Shown here: positions 9,276 to 20,067 of the stretch, piece after piece | Layout of the letters: each line of letters opens with the position of its first letter | How positions within the stretch are numbered: the first letter of the stretch is position 1 | Assembly (NCBI GenBank): GCA_963702005.1 | Contig: OY969696.1 | Location: forward strand, 4,245,362 to 4,309,361 | From: Candidatus Aminicenantes bacterium | Lineage (GTDB): Bacteria; Acidobacteriota; Aminicenantia; Aminicenantales; JAFGBC01 | Length of the DNA: 64,000 bases | Reading direction: 5' to 3' | Made by a program: the position numbers and the translations under genes | Notes under the pieces: generated by a model | What the model saw: only the letters and a program-made list of their open reading frames with translations | What the model was told of the DNA's origin: nothing | The model's database searches: none

Positions 9276-10535
9276 ATGACCTGCAAGGAACGGGTCCTGG
9301 CGGCCCTCAATCACAAAGAGCCCGACGCGGTCCCGGTCGACTTCGGGGCCACGGCCGTGACCGGGATGCACGTCAACTGCGTCATCGCCCTCCGCGAGCG
9401 CTACGGCCTGGAGAAGCGCCTCGTCAAAGTCCACGAGCCCTATCAGATGCTGGGCCTCGTCGAGGACGACCTCCAGCGGGCGCTCGGGCTCGACGTCGAG
9501 GGTGTCTTCGCCGCCGAGACCATGTTCGGGTTCCGGAACGAGGGCTGGACACCGTGGCGGATGGACGACGCCCGCGAGGTCCTCGTCTCGGAGCATTTCC
9601 GGACGACGAGGGACGCGAACGGCGACACGCTCGTTTATCCCAAGGGAGATTTGAACGCGCCCCCCTCGGGACGGATGCCCAAGGACGGGTTTTTCTTCGA
9701 CACGATCGTCCGTCAGGACCCGATCGACGAGGGCCGGCTCGACCCGGCCGACAACCTCGAGGAGTTCGGCCCGATCTCGGAGGCGGACCTCGCTTATTTC
9801 GACGCCGAGACCAAGCGGGCGGCCGCGACCGGCCGGGGCGTCATCGCCACCTTCGGGGGAACGGCCCTGGGTGACATCGCCCTCGTCCCCGCTCCCTTCC
9901 TCAAGCGCCCCAGGGGGATCCGGGACATCGAGGAGTGGTACGTCTCGACCTTGACCCGCCAGCCCTACGTCCATCGGATCTTCGAGCGGCAGACCGAGAT
10001 CGCGCTCGGGAACCTGGAGAAGATCCGCACCCGGGTCGGCGACCGCGTCCAGGCCGCCTTCATCTGCGGGACGGATTTCGGGACCCAGACTTCAACCTTC
10101 TGCTCGGTCGCGACGTTCCGGTCTCTCTACCTGCCCTACTATAAGAAAATCAACGACTGGATCCACGGCCAGACGGCCTGGAAGACATTCAAGCATTCCT
10201 GCGGGGCGGTCGTCTCGCTCCTCCCCTCGTTCATCGACGCCGGCTTCGACATCTGGAACCCCGTCCAATTGTCGGCGGCCGGGATGGACCCGGTCCGGCT
10301 CAAGCGCGAGTATGGGAAAGATCTCGTCTTCTGGGGCGGCGGCGCCGACACCCAGCGGACGCTCGCCTTCGGGAAGCCGGCCGAGGTGCGGGAGGAAGTC
10401 CTGGGCCGCTGCGAGGTTCTGGGCAAGGGCGGCGGGTTCGTCTTCAACGCCGTCCACAACGTCCAGGCCAACACGCCGCCCGCCAATATCGTCGCCATGA
10501 TCGAGGCCGTCAAGGAATTCAACGGAAGAAAATGA
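9276..10535 (+). CDS. Uroporphyrinogen decarboxylase / MtaA-CmuA-like methyltransferase superfamily protein
   Basis: MT.KERVLAALNHKEPD.VPVD start, GTDFG, HSCG, NPVQ, FWGGG.DTQ, GGGFVFNAVHN. The true start is ATG 9276, inside the 7173 ORF. Confidence 0.85.
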   Translation: MTCKERVLAALNHKEPDAVPVDFGATAVTGMHVNCVIALRERYGLEKRLVKVHEPYQMLGLVEDDLQRALGLDVEGVFAAETMFGFRNEGWTPWRMDDAREVLVSEHFRTTRDANGDTLVYPKGDLNAPPSGRMPKDGFFFDTIVRQDPIDEGRLDPADNLEEFGPISEADLAYFDAETKRAAATGRGVIATFGGTALGDIALVPAPFLKRPRGIRDIEEWYVSTLTRQPYVHRIFERQTEIALGNLEKIRTRVGDRVQAAFICGTDFGTQTSTFCSVATFRSLYLPYYKKINDWIHGQTAWKTFKHSCGAVVSLLPSFIDAGFDIWNPVQLSAAGMDPVRLKREYGKDLVFWGGGADTQRTLAFGKPAEVREEVLGRCEVLGKGGGFVFNAVHNVQANTPPANIVAMIEAVKEFNGRK

Positions 10536-10542
10536 GGCCCCC

Positions 10543-11886
10543 ATGAAGAAAACCCAAGCGACCGTCATCGTCCTGACCGTGATCGCCGCCCTGGGCGGGC
10601 TGCTGTTCGGGTTCGACACGGCCGTCATCGCCGGCGCGACCCGCTTCCTCAAGGACCAATTCCGGCTGAACGCGCTGCAAGAAGGCTGGGCCGTCGCCAT
10701 CGTCCTCGTCGGCTGCATGTTCGGGGCCGGGCTGGCCGGCGCGATCAGCGACCGGATCGGCCGGCGGCGCTTCATGCTCATTTCGGCCGTCCTCTTCTTT
10801 GTGTCGGCTCTGGGCTGCGCCATCCCCCAGAATTTGGTGCAATTCCTCATCTTCCGTTTCATAGGCGGGCTGGCCATCGGTTCGGCCTCGATCGTCTCGC
10901 CGCTCTACATCTCGGAGATCGCGCCGCCCCGCATCCGGGGAGCCCTGGTTTCGGTCAACCAGCTCGCCATCGTGACCGGGATCCTGCTCGCCTACTTCGC
11001 CAATTGGGTCCTGATCGGGGCGGGCCCTTCCAACTGGCGCTGGATGTTCGCGACCGGCGCCGCGCCCGCCCTTCTCTTCTTCGGGCTGGTCCTCCGCGTC
11101 CCGGAGAGCCCGCGCTGGCTCGTCAAGCAGGGCCGGGAGGAGGAAGCCCTGGGCGTCTTGACCCGGATCAACGCGCCCGACGTCGCGGCCGTCGAGGTCC
11201 AAAGCATCCGGGAGACGCTGGCCCTGGAGCAGGGATCGATCGCCGAGCTATTCAAACCCGGCTTCCGGCGGGCCCTGTTCATCGGGGTCGTCCTGGCGAT
11301 TTTCCAGCAGATCACGGGCATCAACGCCGTCATTTATTATTCTCCCCGCTTTTTCGAGACGGCGGGCCTGGCCCGCTCTTCGGCCATCTTCCAATCGGCC
11401 GTCGTCGGCGTCGTCAACCTCCTGTTCACGATCGTGGCCATTCTGCTCGTCGACCGGATCGGCCGCAAGCCGATGCTGCTGGCGGCGGCGGGCGGGATGG
11501 GCGTCTCCTTCCTATTCCTGGGAGCGGCGTTCAAGTTCCATCTCTTCACGGGCGGCCTGGTTCTTCTCTTCACGCTCCTCTACATCGCTTTCTTCGCCAT
11601 GGCCATGGGCCCGATCGTCTGGGTCGTGATCGCCGAGATCTTCCCGACCCGGGTCCGGGGCCGAGCCATGGCCATCGCCACGGTCGCCCTCTGGTTCGCC
11701 GACTTCGTCGTCTCGCTGACTTTCCCGGTCATCGCCGACAAGCTCCACGAGTCCTTCGCCTTCTGGCTCTACGCGGCCATGTGCGCGATCGACATCGTGT
11801 TCATGGCGGTCTTCCTCCCCGAAACCAAGGGGAAATCCCTGGAGGAAATCGAGCGCCGCTGGCTTAAAGAAAAAGCCGAGGCTTAG
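10543..11886 (+). CDS. MFS sugar porter (XylE/AraE-like)
   Basis: GGLLFGFDTAVI, DRIGRR, PESPRWL, QQITGIN, PETKGKSLEEI. Confidence 0.95.
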   Translation: MKKTQATVIVLTVIAALGGLLFGFDTAVIAGATRFLKDQFRLNALQEGWAVAIVLVGCMFGAGLAGAISDRIGRRRFMLISAVLFFVSALGCAIPQNLVQFLIFRFIGGLAIGSASIVSPLYISEIAPPRIRGALVSVNQLAIVTGILLAYFANWVLIGAGPSNWRWMFATGAAPALLFFGLVLRVPESPRWLVKQGREEEALGVLTRINAPDVAAVEVQSIRETLALEQGSIAELFKPGFRRALFIGVVLAIFQQITGINAVIYYSPRFFETAGLARSSAIFQSAVVGVVNLLFTIVAILLVDRIGRKPMLLAAAGGMGVSFLFLGAAFKFHLFTGGLVLLFTLLYIAFFAMAMGPIVWVVIAEIFPTRVRGRAMAIATVALWFADFVVSLTFPVIADKLHESFAFWLYAAMCAIDIVFMAVFLPETKGKSLEEIERRWLKEKAEA

Positions 11887-11927
11887 GGAACGAACTCACG
11901 CCTGAGACGCGCGAAGGGACGAGCGCG

Positions 11928-14876
11928 TTAATCGCCGAAAATAATGACCGTCTGGTTCAGCGCCGGAGCCGTCGGCGGCCAGACGACTTCGCGGCCGTCG
12001 GCGCCGACCTTGATATAGTATTCAAGGTCGCCCTCCGGGCTGGGAAGCGTCAAGCCATAGACGCCCCTGCCGATGTAATTCAAGGACTCAGCCTTGAAGG
12101 AACCCCGCCCCATGGCCCGCCAGCAGAGCTCGGCTTTCTGGGGACCTCCCTTGGAAAGGATGGCGACTTTGATTCTCAGGTTCTCGCCTTTCTCCAGGGC
12201 GGTTCGTTGGGCCAGGACGAAGACTCGGGGCGGGCCATCGTAATCGGCCGGCAGCATGGCTTGGGCGGGTAACGCCTCGCCCAGGATCTTCTCGAGCTCC
12301 CGGCCGGGCTTCCAGAAGGCGCCGGGCAGGATATGCTGCTCCCAGTTCATAATCGTCCCCAGCTCGCCCATATTTCCGGCCGTGGCCAGCAGGCAGGCGT
12401 ATATTTTCCTGAGGGAGGCGGCCATCTCAAGCCGGATGGGCAAGGCCTTCCCCGCGGCGAGTTTCGCCCTGGCCGCCTGGTCCTTCCCCGCCTTGGCGAT
12501 CTCCATGGCCTTGTTGAAGTCGGACCAGAGACAGGTGAAACGGGCGACCTCGCGCATATATTCGAAATTCTTAAACCAGTAATTGAAGCGCTCTCTTGTC
12601 CCCGTGCCCGTCAGCCGGGTTTCGATTTCGGAAAGATCGTCCACGAACTCAAAATCCTTGCGGACTTCCTCCCAGGATTTGGGATTGGGGACGATCCCGC
12701 CCGGGCCGTTCGTCCAGACGACCGGGATAGGGAGCTTGCCGTCGACGCGGCTGAACAGGCCGGCCATTTCGTCGCCGACGCTCTCCCCGAATTCGTTCAG
12801 GGCCCAATCGCGGTAAAAATCCAGGGTCTGCAAGAAACGGGGCGTCTCCGGCCAGTCGGGTTCGTAGCCGGCCACGGCCAGGCCTCCGCAGTTGATCCGC
12901 TGGACGTAGTTCTCGCTCTCAAGGACGATGCCGGCGATGCAGGGGTAATTGATTCTGTCGACGAAATCGAGCACGATCCGGCCGTCGACAACATTGACGT
13001 TCCGGTAGACGAGGTCCAGGGCCGCGAATTTGCCGACCCGGGCGAAGATGTCGAACTTCTCAACGAGCTTCTTTCCCTGGAGGAAGACGTCGAAGACGCG
13101 GCCATCCTTGCGGTTGACCTGTCCCTCGACAAACTTTAAAGTCACCGTATACGGCCCGTTCGGGACAGGGATCCTGTAGCCGAAGACGCGGTCCCGGACG
13201 TCCTGATAGACGGCCTCCTCGGCCGTCCCGGCGATTTTCTCTCCCTTGAAAGACAGGAACTGGCCCGAAGTCGGTCCGGCCAGGGCGTCCAGGTCCTTGG
13301 GAAGAGTGTTCCAGCTCTGATCCCAGGCCGCCCCGGCAAGGGCCCGGATGTTGGGCGATAGGATCCTCGTCCGCCAATGGATGCCCAGCAGGCCGTCGCA
13401 GCCGTAGCGGAGGGCGTCGGCGGCGTCGCGCCTCATCCGGCCCGCCCAGAGTTGGGGCGAAGTCAGGGACGGATCGTCCTCGAGCCAGGGGATGGCCCAC
13501 AGAGACCGGCCCTTGATGCGGACGAAGGTCGGGTCGACGGGGGCCTTGCCGACTTCTCGGTTGATGCAGCTCATGGCGATGGCCTTGGGCAAGACCTGGT
13601 CGAACAGGGTCCGGTTCGAGGGCGGGCCGAGGACCCAGCCGCAGGTCGCGAGCCGGAAGGGCGGCCGGACGTCCTTCCAGGCCTGGATGGCCTGTTCGAG
13701 GTCCGACGTCACGATCCTGACTTCCTCGGGCTTCGCGTCGCTCCAGGTCCAGCCCTCCCCCGTCCAGAACCAGTAGTAATCAATGGGATAGGCCGCCGCG
13801 ATCCGCTCGAACATCGCCTTGTAGACGTCCCGGACGACGGCCGGGTCTTTCGGGTTTTTGCCTTTCGCGGCGAGGCGCGCGCGCACGAGCTCGGGGATGG
13901 CCAGGGCCGTCTCGGTCCCGACGCAAGTCTTGACGCCCAAGCCGCGCGCGAATAGGAAGGCGTCCTTGAAAACGGCCGCCGCCCGGTTGAAAACCTCGTT
14001 CGAATCCTGGCCCGGCTTGGGCTCGGGGGCGAATCCCTCCATGACGTCGTTCCCGTAGTCGTCGCGATCGAAGAGGAGGGAGGCTCCGCAGCTGTAATCC
14101 CCCGTCTTCTTGGGATCGTAGCCCCAGTTGCCGCGGAGGCTGTTCTGGTAGCTCGAGGGATAGCTCGCCGTCACCCGGCCTTCGGCGTCGAACTCGCCCC
14201 GGCTCCCGATCCAGACCGTGGGCTCGGCGTTCGGACCTTTTTCCGGATAGGTATGGAGGCCGAAGAAATTCATCCGGAGCTTGGGGAGCTGGCCGAGGAC
14301 GGCCTTGATGTTGTCCAGGCTCCACCAGTCGGGCCCCTCTGGAAAGTCGTGGAAGGGCTGAATCCCGCGCACGGCGAACAAGGGGCGGCCCATCTCGTCC
14401 AGGTCAGGTATTACGAATGTTGTCCGGTCCTCGGGGACGACGTCGCCGTCGAGGTCGAAGCGGACGCCGAGCGTTTCGGCGAAGGCGTATGCGCCGTAGA
14501 GGATGCCGGGCCCGTCGCCGCCGGCGATGAGAAGGTGATTCCGGCCGGAGAGGTCGAGCGTTTTCAGCCAATAATCCTCGGGACCGAGCTTAGGGACGGC
14601 CTCGAGGTCCCGGAGGAGAGGGCGCCCGGCTTGCGAGACGACGATGGACGGATTGGCCAGGCCGGCGGTCGACGCGGACTCGACCAGGGCGGAAAGCCCT
14701 CCCGTCGTCAGGTAGAGATAGCGCCTGACCTCGGCCGCGGCGATCCGCTCCAGGCGCGTCGCGTCGGTGGCGATGACGATGTCAGGGATACTGATCTTTG
14801 TCTCGTGAGCGCAGGACCCCGCCAGGAGCGCGGACCCGAGAACCAGGATGAATAAATCCAGACATCTTGTCCTCAT
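11928..14876 (-). CDS. Lipoprotein glycoside hydrolase-like protein with inserted malectin domain
   Basis: Lipobox LAGSC; GH67/GH20-type N-domain (GILYGAY); putative TIM-barrel core; malectin motif Y.VTLKF.E...RVFDVFLQG..V..FDI. Confidence 0.75.
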   Translation of the reverse strand: MRTRCLDLFILVLGSALLAGSCAHETKISIPDIVIATDATRLERIAAAEVRRYLYLTTGGLSALVESASTAGLANPSIVVSQAGRPLLRDLEAVPKLGPEDYWLKTLDLSGRNHLLIAGGDGPGILYGAYAFAETLGVRFDLDGDVVPEDRTTFVIPDLDEMGRPLFAVRGIQPFHDFPEGPDWWSLDNIKAVLGQLPKLRMNFFGLHTYPEKGPNAEPTVWIGSRGEFDAEGRVTASYPSSYQNSLRGNWGYDPKKTGDYSCGASLLFDRDDYGNDVMEGFAPEPKPGQDSNEVFNRAAAVFKDAFLFARGLGVKTCVGTETALAIPELVRARLAAKGKNPKDPAVVRDVYKAMFERIAAAYPIDYYWFWTGEGWTWSDAKPEEVRIVTSDLEQAIQAWKDVRPPFRLATCGWVLGPPSNRTLFDQVLPKAIAMSCINREVGKAPVDPTFVRIKGRSLWAIPWLEDDPSLTSPQLWAGRMRRDAADALRYGCDGLLGIHWRTRILSPNIRALAGAAWDQSWNTLPKDLDALAGPTSGQFLSFKGEKIAGTAEEAVYQDVRDRVFGYRIPVPNGPYTVTLKFVEGQVNRKDGRVFDVFLQGKKLVEKFDIFARVGKFAALDLVYRNVNVVDGRIVLDFVDRINYPCIAGIVLESENYVQRINCGGLAVAGYEPDWPETPRFLQTLDFYRDWALNEFGESVGDEMAGLFSRVDGKLPIPVVWTNGPGGIVPNPKSWEEVRKDFEFVDDLSEIETRLTGTGTRERFNYWFKNFEYMREVARFTCLWSDFNKAMEIAKAGKDQAARAKLAAGKALPIRLEMAASLRKIYACLLATAGNMGELGTIMNWEQHILPGAFWKPGRELEKILGEALPAQAMLPADYDGPPRVFVLAQRTALEKGENLRIKVAILSKGGPQKAELCWRAMGRGSFKAESLNYIGRGVYGLTLPSPEGDLEYYIKVGADGREVVWPPTAPALNQTVIIFGD

Positions 14877-15028
14877 GCCGACCTCCTCCGTGTTGTTTAT
14901 TCTAATACGGCCCCGCTATGGATAGCAACGTCAATCCCCGGACTCCCAAGACGGAAAGACGGTTGACGCGGCCGATGCCGGCTCTCTACAATAGGGCCGT
15001 TCCGGGATTTCGCCCGGCGGAGGCGATC

Positions 15029-15742
15029 ATGAAAAAGTCCTATGTCAGGAAGATCGCGACCGTTTCCAAGTTCGGAGTCTGGCTCGTCGACGGAGAGACC
15101 ATCCGGACCTCGATCGACGAGGAGTTCACGAACTTCGGCCAGCACTTCCGCTTCCGGTTCATCCCCCGCAACGAGTTCTGGATCGACCACCTCCATGCCC
15201 CGGGCGAGGAACATTTCTTCATCGACCATCTTCTCATCGAGAACCGGCTGATGGCCGCCGGGATGGGCTACGACCAGGCCCTGGCCCGGGCCGACCGGGC
15301 CGAGCTCAAGGAACGGCACAAGGTCGACTACATCCGGAAGGGCATTGACCCCGGACGCCCCAAGTCCGCCTATATCCGCAAAATCCATAAGCGCCTTCTC
15401 AAGACCTACAGCGACGGCCTCAACGTTTGGATCGTGAACGGCGAGTTGGTCCGGGACCTGTTCTTCATCGACTATACGGAAGGTGGGCACGACAAGGTCT
15501 ACCGGTTTATCCCCCAAGCCGAAGTCTGGCTCGACGACGACCTCCGGCCGAGGGAACGGAGGTATGTCCTCCTCCACGAAGTCCACGAACGGCGCTTAAT
15601 GGCCGGAGGCATGGACTATATCCACGCCCACCGATCGTCCAGCCACATCGAGTACGCGTGCCGGCACCACCCGTCCCGCCTCAAGCCCGCCCTGGCCGAA
15701 GAGATGGCCCTCAACCGGAACCTGGAAGCGCGGAGGGCATGA
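15029..15742 (+). CDS. Hypothetical protein with an internal tandem domain duplication and an HExxE motif
   Basis: GGAGG RBS before ATG 15029; two homologous halves; ATGA overlap with the next gene. Confidence 0.75.
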   Translation: MKKSYVRKIATVSKFGVWLVDGETIRTSIDEEFTNFGQHFRFRFIPRNEFWIDHLHAPGEEHFFIDHLLIENRLMAAGMGYDQALARADRAELKERHKVDYIRKGIDPGRPKSAYIRKIHKRLLKTYSDGLNVWIVNGELVRDLFFIDYTEGGHDKVYRFIPQAEVWLDDDLRPRERRYVLLHEVHERRLMAGGMDYIHAHRSSSHIEYACRHHPSRLKPALAEEMALNRNLEARRA

Positions 15743-16815
15743 CAACCCGCGAGCGCTTCCGGCGCGTCCTTCACTGGGAGAGACCGGACCGCGTCCCGAA
15801 CATGGAGTTCGGCTACTGGAAGCGGACGATCGAGGTCTGGCGGGGCCAAGGGCTCCCGGCCGAGTGCGCGACCAACGCCGACGTCGAGCGCCATCTCGGC
15901 CTGGAGGGGATTTCGCTCATTCCCGACCTTCCCGTCCAAAACGGAGCCTATCCTCCGTTCGAGGAAAAGGTCCTGGAAATCCGAGGCAGCCGCCGCATCG
16001 TCCTGAACGAAGACGGCGTCCTGTGCGAAATGACCGAGAGCGACACCTCCATCCCCCGCTACCTCCGCTACACCATCGAATCCCGAGCCGATTGGGAGCG
16101 GCTTAAACGGGAACGCCTGGATCCGGAGACTCCGGAGAGAATCGGGGATATCGCTAGGGCCGTCGCGGAGGCCCGTGCCGCCGGGTTCCCGATCCGTTTC
16201 AACGCGGGCTCGCTCTACGGCTGGCTCAGGAACTGGATGGGGCTCGAGGCTTTTTCGGTCGCCCTTCTCGGCGAGGGGGCCTGGGTCGAAGACATGATGG
16301 AGCATCTGACCCTGCTCACGCTCGTCCTCATCGAAAAATCCCTTTTCGGCGCCGCCGCCGACGTCGCCTGGTGGTGGGAGGACATGGCCTACAACCACGG
16401 CCCCCTCCTTTCGCCGCGCCTGTTCCGGCAGCTCATGGTCCCCCGCTACGCACGGATCACGGCCGCCCTGCGCCGCGCCGGGATCGATACCAACGTCCTC
16501 GATTGCGACGGCCGGATCGACGAGCTCGTCCCCGGCTGGCTCGAAGGCGGGATCAACGTCATGTTCCCGGTCGAAGCTCTCCACTCCGATCCGCTCCGGC
16601 TCAGCGAAGCCCGGAAAGGACGCCTGCTCATGATCGGCGGGGTCAACAAGATGGCCCTGATCGAAGGCCGTCCGGCGATCGACCGGGAGCTCGACCGGCT
16701 CCGTCCGCTCGTCGAGCGGGGCGGCTACATCCCCTGCGTCGACCACCGCGTCCCGCCCGACGTCAGCTACTCGAACTACCTGTACTATTTGGAGAGGAAA
16801 AAGCTAATTCTCTAA
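15739..16815 (+). CDS. Uroporphyrinogen decarboxylase superfamily protein
   Basis: MTTRERF...PDRVP, WEDMAY, DCDG, GGVNK, GGYIPCVDH.VPP. Confidence 0.85.
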   Translation: MTTRERFRRVLHWERPDRVPNMEFGYWKRTIEVWRGQGLPAECATNADVERHLGLEGISLIPDLPVQNGAYPPFEEKVLEIRGSRRIVLNEDGVLCEMTESDTSIPRYLRYTIESRADWERLKRERLDPETPERIGDIARAVAEARAAGFPIRFNAGSLYGWLRNWMGLEAFSVALLGEGAWVEDMMEHLTLLTLVLIEKSLFGAAADVAWWWEDMAYNHGPLLSPRLFRQLMVPRYARITAALRRAGIDTNVLDCDGRIDELVPGWLEGGINVMFPVEALHSDPLRLSEARKGRLLMIGGVNKMALIEGRPAIDRELDRLRPLVERGGYIPCVDHRVPPDVSYSNYLYYLERKKLIL

Positions 16816-16864
16816 GGGGCGGATCCGGCTTTTCATGTCGGCCTGTTTCGGCTATTATGGCCGC

Positions 16865-18145
16865 ATGGCCCACCACACCTCAACGTCCGGCTATCAACGG
16901 CTCGTCCGGAGACTCAACAAGTTTCCCCAGGGCGCTCCGCCCTCCGAACTCCTGTTCAAGATCCTCGGGATCCTGATGAGCGAGCGAGAGGCGTCGTTGG
17001 TTGCCCTCCTTCCCATTAAGCCCTTCACGGCCGAACGGGCGGCTCGAGCCTGGAAGATAAAAACGGACGATGCCCGTAAGGTCCTGGACGAGCTCTCGAG
17101 CCGGGCCCTCCTCCTCGACATCCGGGGCCGGACGAGGCAAATTTACGCTCTGCCCCCGCCCATGGCCGGATTCTTCGAGTTCTCGATGATGCGGCTGCGC
17201 GGGGACGTCGACCAGAAAGCCCTGGCCGAGCTTTACTACCAATACATCACGGTCGAGGAGGATTTCATCAAGGCCCTCTTCGTCCAGGGAGAAACCCAGC
17301 TCGGCCGAGTCTTCGTCCAAGAACCCGTCCTTTCCAACGAGAACGCCCTCCACGTCCTCGACTACGAGCGGGCCAGCCAGGTCGTCCGGACGGCCTCCCA
17401 TCGCGGGGTCGGCCTCTGTTATTGCCGGCACAAGATGGATCACGTCGGCAAGGCCTGCCGGGCTCCACTCGACATCTGCATGACCTTCAACAACTCGGCC
17501 GCTTCTTTGATTCGCCACGGCTACGCCCGTTCGGTCGACGCCGCCGAGGGATTGGACCTCCTCCAAAAAGCCTACGATGAGAACCTCGTCCAATTCGGCG
17601 AGAACGTCCAGCGCCGGGTCAGCTTCATCTGCAACTGCTGCGGCTGCTGCTGCGAAGCCATGATCGCGGCCCGCCGCTTCGGAATCCTCAAACCCGTCCA
17701 CACCACGAACTTCCTCCCCAAGATCGACCTCGCGACCTGCACGGGCTGCGGCGAATGCGCCGCTGTCTGCCCGATCGAAGCCATGACGGTCGTCTCGGCC
17801 AACGATCCTCATCATCCCCGGAAGAAAAAGGCCAGGCTCGACGAGGCCGTCTGCCTGGGCTGCGGGGTCTGCGCGCGCGTCTGCAAGACGAAGAGCCTCC
17901 GCCTCGCATCGCGGCCCGAGCGGGTCATCACACCCCTCACCTCCACGCACCGGGCCGTCCTGATGGCCGTCGAGCGGGGCAAGCTCCAGAACCTGATCTT
18001 CGACAACCAGGCGCTGCTCAGCCATCGGGCGATGGCGGCCGTCCTGGGCGTCATCCTCAGACTCCCGCCCCTCAAGCAGGTCATGGCCGGAAAACAGATG
18101 AGATCGCGATACTTGACGACCCTGATCGAGCGGCTCAAGCTCTGA
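16865..18145 (+). CDS. 4Fe-4S dicluster ferredoxin-domain protein
   Basis: [37 protein letters not shown]. Confidence 0.9.
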   Translation: MAHHTSTSGYQRLVRRLNKFPQGAPPSELLFKILGILMSEREASLVALLPIKPFTAERAARAWKIKTDDARKVLDELSSRALLLDIRGRTRQIYALPPPMAGFFEFSMMRLRGDVDQKALAELYYQYITVEEDFIKALFVQGETQLGRVFVQEPVLSNENALHVLDYERASQVVRTASHRGVGLCYCRHKMDHVGKACRAPLDICMTFNNSAASLIRHGYARSVDAAEGLDLLQKAYDENLVQFGENVQRRVSFICNCCGCCCEAMIAARRFGILKPVHTTNFLPKIDLATCTGCGECAAVCPIEAMTVVSANDPHHPRKKKARLDEAVCLGCGVCARVCKTKSLRLASRPERVITPLTSTHRAVLMAVERGKLQNLIFDNQALLSHRAMAAVLGVILRLPPLKQVMAGKQMRSRYLTTLIERLKL

Positions 18146-18174
18146 GCGCCGAGCGCGGGGGAAGGAGGCATGCC

Positions 18175-20055
18175 ATGTCCGTCAAGTCCATGCCGAGCGA
18201 AATCGAAATCGCCCAGGCGGCCCGGCTCCTCCCGATCGTCAAGGTCGCGGAGAGCCTGGGCCTGGTCGAGGACGACCTCGACCTCTACGGCAAGCATAAA
18301 GCCAAGATCCACCTCGACGTCCTGGACCGGATCAAGGACCGGCCCCAAGGCTATTACGTGGACGTGACCGCCATCACGCCGACGCCCCTCGGCGAGGGCA
18401 AGACGACGACCACGGTCGGGCTCAGCCAAGCCCTGGGAGCCCACCTGGGCAAGAAAGTCGTCAGCGTCGTCCGCCAGCCCAGCCTGGGGCCGACCTTCGG
18501 CATCAAGGGCGGGGCCTCCGGGGGCGGATATTCGCAGATCGTGCCCATGGAGGACTTCAACCTCCACCTGACGGGCGACATCCACGCCGTGACGGCCGCC
18601 CACGACCTGCTGGCCGCGGCCATCGACGCCCGCATCCTCCACGAGTCCAACCAGGACGATGAGGAGCTCTTCAACGCCTTCTGCCCGGCCGACAAGCAGC
18701 GCCGTCGCCGGTTTTCCCCGGCCATGCTCCGCCGCCTCAAGAAGCTGGGCATCGACAAGACCGACCCGGCCGCGCTCACGCCCGAGGAGAAGCGGCGGAT
18801 GTTCCGCCTGGACATCGACCCGGCCAGCCTGACCTGGAACCGCGTCCTCGACATCAGCGACCGTTTTCTCCGCGTCGTCAAGATCGGCCTCGGTCCCGAG
18901 GAAAAAGGCATGGCCCGAGAGACGGGCTTCGACATCTCGGAGGCCAGCGAGATCATGGCCGTCCTGGCCTTGACGACGGGGATGGCCGACATGCGCGAGA
19001 GGCTGGGCCGGATCGTCATCGGCACGAGCCGGGCGGGCGAGCCGGTCACGGCCGAAGACCTCGGCGCCGCCGGCGCCATGACGGTCCTGATGAAGGACGC
19101 CATCATGCCCAACTTGATGCAGACCATCGAAAACACTCCGGCCCTCGTCCACGCCGGGCCCTTCGCCAACATCGCCCACGGCAACTCCTCGATCATCGCC
19201 GACCAAATCGCGCTCCGCCTCGTCGGAAAGGACGGCTACGTCGTCACCGAGTCCGGGTTCGGGGCCGACTGCGGCATGGAAAAGTTCATGAACATCAAGT
19301 GCCGGGCGAGCGGACTCGTCCCGAGCTGCGTCGTCATCGTCGCCACGATCCGGGCCCTCAAGATGCACGGCGGCGGCCCCAAGGTCGTGGCCGGCAAGCC
19401 GCTCGCGCCCGAATACACCGACGAGAACCTCGACCTCCTGGCCAAGGGTCTGCCCAACATGGCCGCTCACATCAAGAACGCCCTCCGTTTCGGCATTCCC
19501 GTCGTCGTCGCCGTCAACCGTTTCGACGCGGACGGCGACGACGAGATCGAGCTGGTCCGCCGGGCAGCCGTCGAGGCCGGAGCCGAGGACGCCGTCATGA
19601 GCAGCCACTGGGCGGACGGCGGGGCCGGAGCCGTCGGCCTGGCCGAGGCCGTCATCGCCGCCTGCCGGAAGCCCGGGCATTTCCGATTCCTCTATCCGCT
19701 CGAGTGGGATATCAAGAAGAAGATCGAGACGATCGCGACGGAAATCTACGGCGCCGACGGCGTCGAGTACACGCCGGAGGCCGAGGCCAAGATCGAGCTC
19801 TACACCCGGCTCGGTTTCGACAAGCTGCCGATCTGCATGGCCAAAACCCATCTCAGCCTCAGCCATAACCCGGAGCTCAAGGGAGTTCCCAAGGGTTTCA
19901 AGCTGCCGGTCCGCGACATCCACGCCAGCGTGGGCGCCGGCTTCCTCTCCCCTCTCTGCGGAGACATGAGGACCATGCCCGGCCTGCCGACGCGGCCCGT
20001 TTTTTATGACGTCGACCTGGACCTCAAGACGGGAAAGGTCGTCGGGCTGTTCTGA
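18175..20055 (+). CDS. fhs: Formate--tetrahydrofolate ligase
   Basis: [41 protein letters not shown]. Start ATG 18175 follows AAGGAGG. Confidence 0.97.
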   Translation: MSVKSMPSEIEIAQAARLLPIVKVAESLGLVEDDLDLYGKHKAKIHLDVLDRIKDRPQGYYVDVTAITPTPLGEGKTTTTVGLSQALGAHLGKKVVSVVRQPSLGPTFGIKGGASGGGYSQIVPMEDFNLHLTGDIHAVTAAHDLLAAAIDARILHESNQDDEELFNAFCPADKQRRRRFSPAMLRRLKKLGIDKTDPAALTPEEKRRMFRLDIDPASLTWNRVLDISDRFLRVVKIGLGPEEKGMARETGFDISEASEIMAVLALTTGMADMRERLGRIVIGTSRAGEPVTAEDLGAAGAMTVLMKDAIMPNLMQTIENTPALVHAGPFANIAHGNSSIIADQIALRLVGKDGYVVTESGFGADCGMEKFMNIKCRASGLVPSCVVIVATIRALKMHGGGPKVVAGKPLAPEYTDENLDLLAKGLPNMAAHIKNALRFGIPVVVAVNRFDADGDDEIELVRRAAVEAGAEDAVMSSHWADGGAGAVGLAEAVIAACRKPGHFRFLYPLEWDIKKKIETIATEIYGADGVEYTPEAEAKIELYTRLGFDKLPICMAKTHLSLSHNPELKGVPKGFKLPVRDIHASVGAGFLSPLCGDMRTMPGLPTRPVFYDVDLDLKTGKVVGLF

Positions 20056-20067
20056 GACGGCCGGCTC

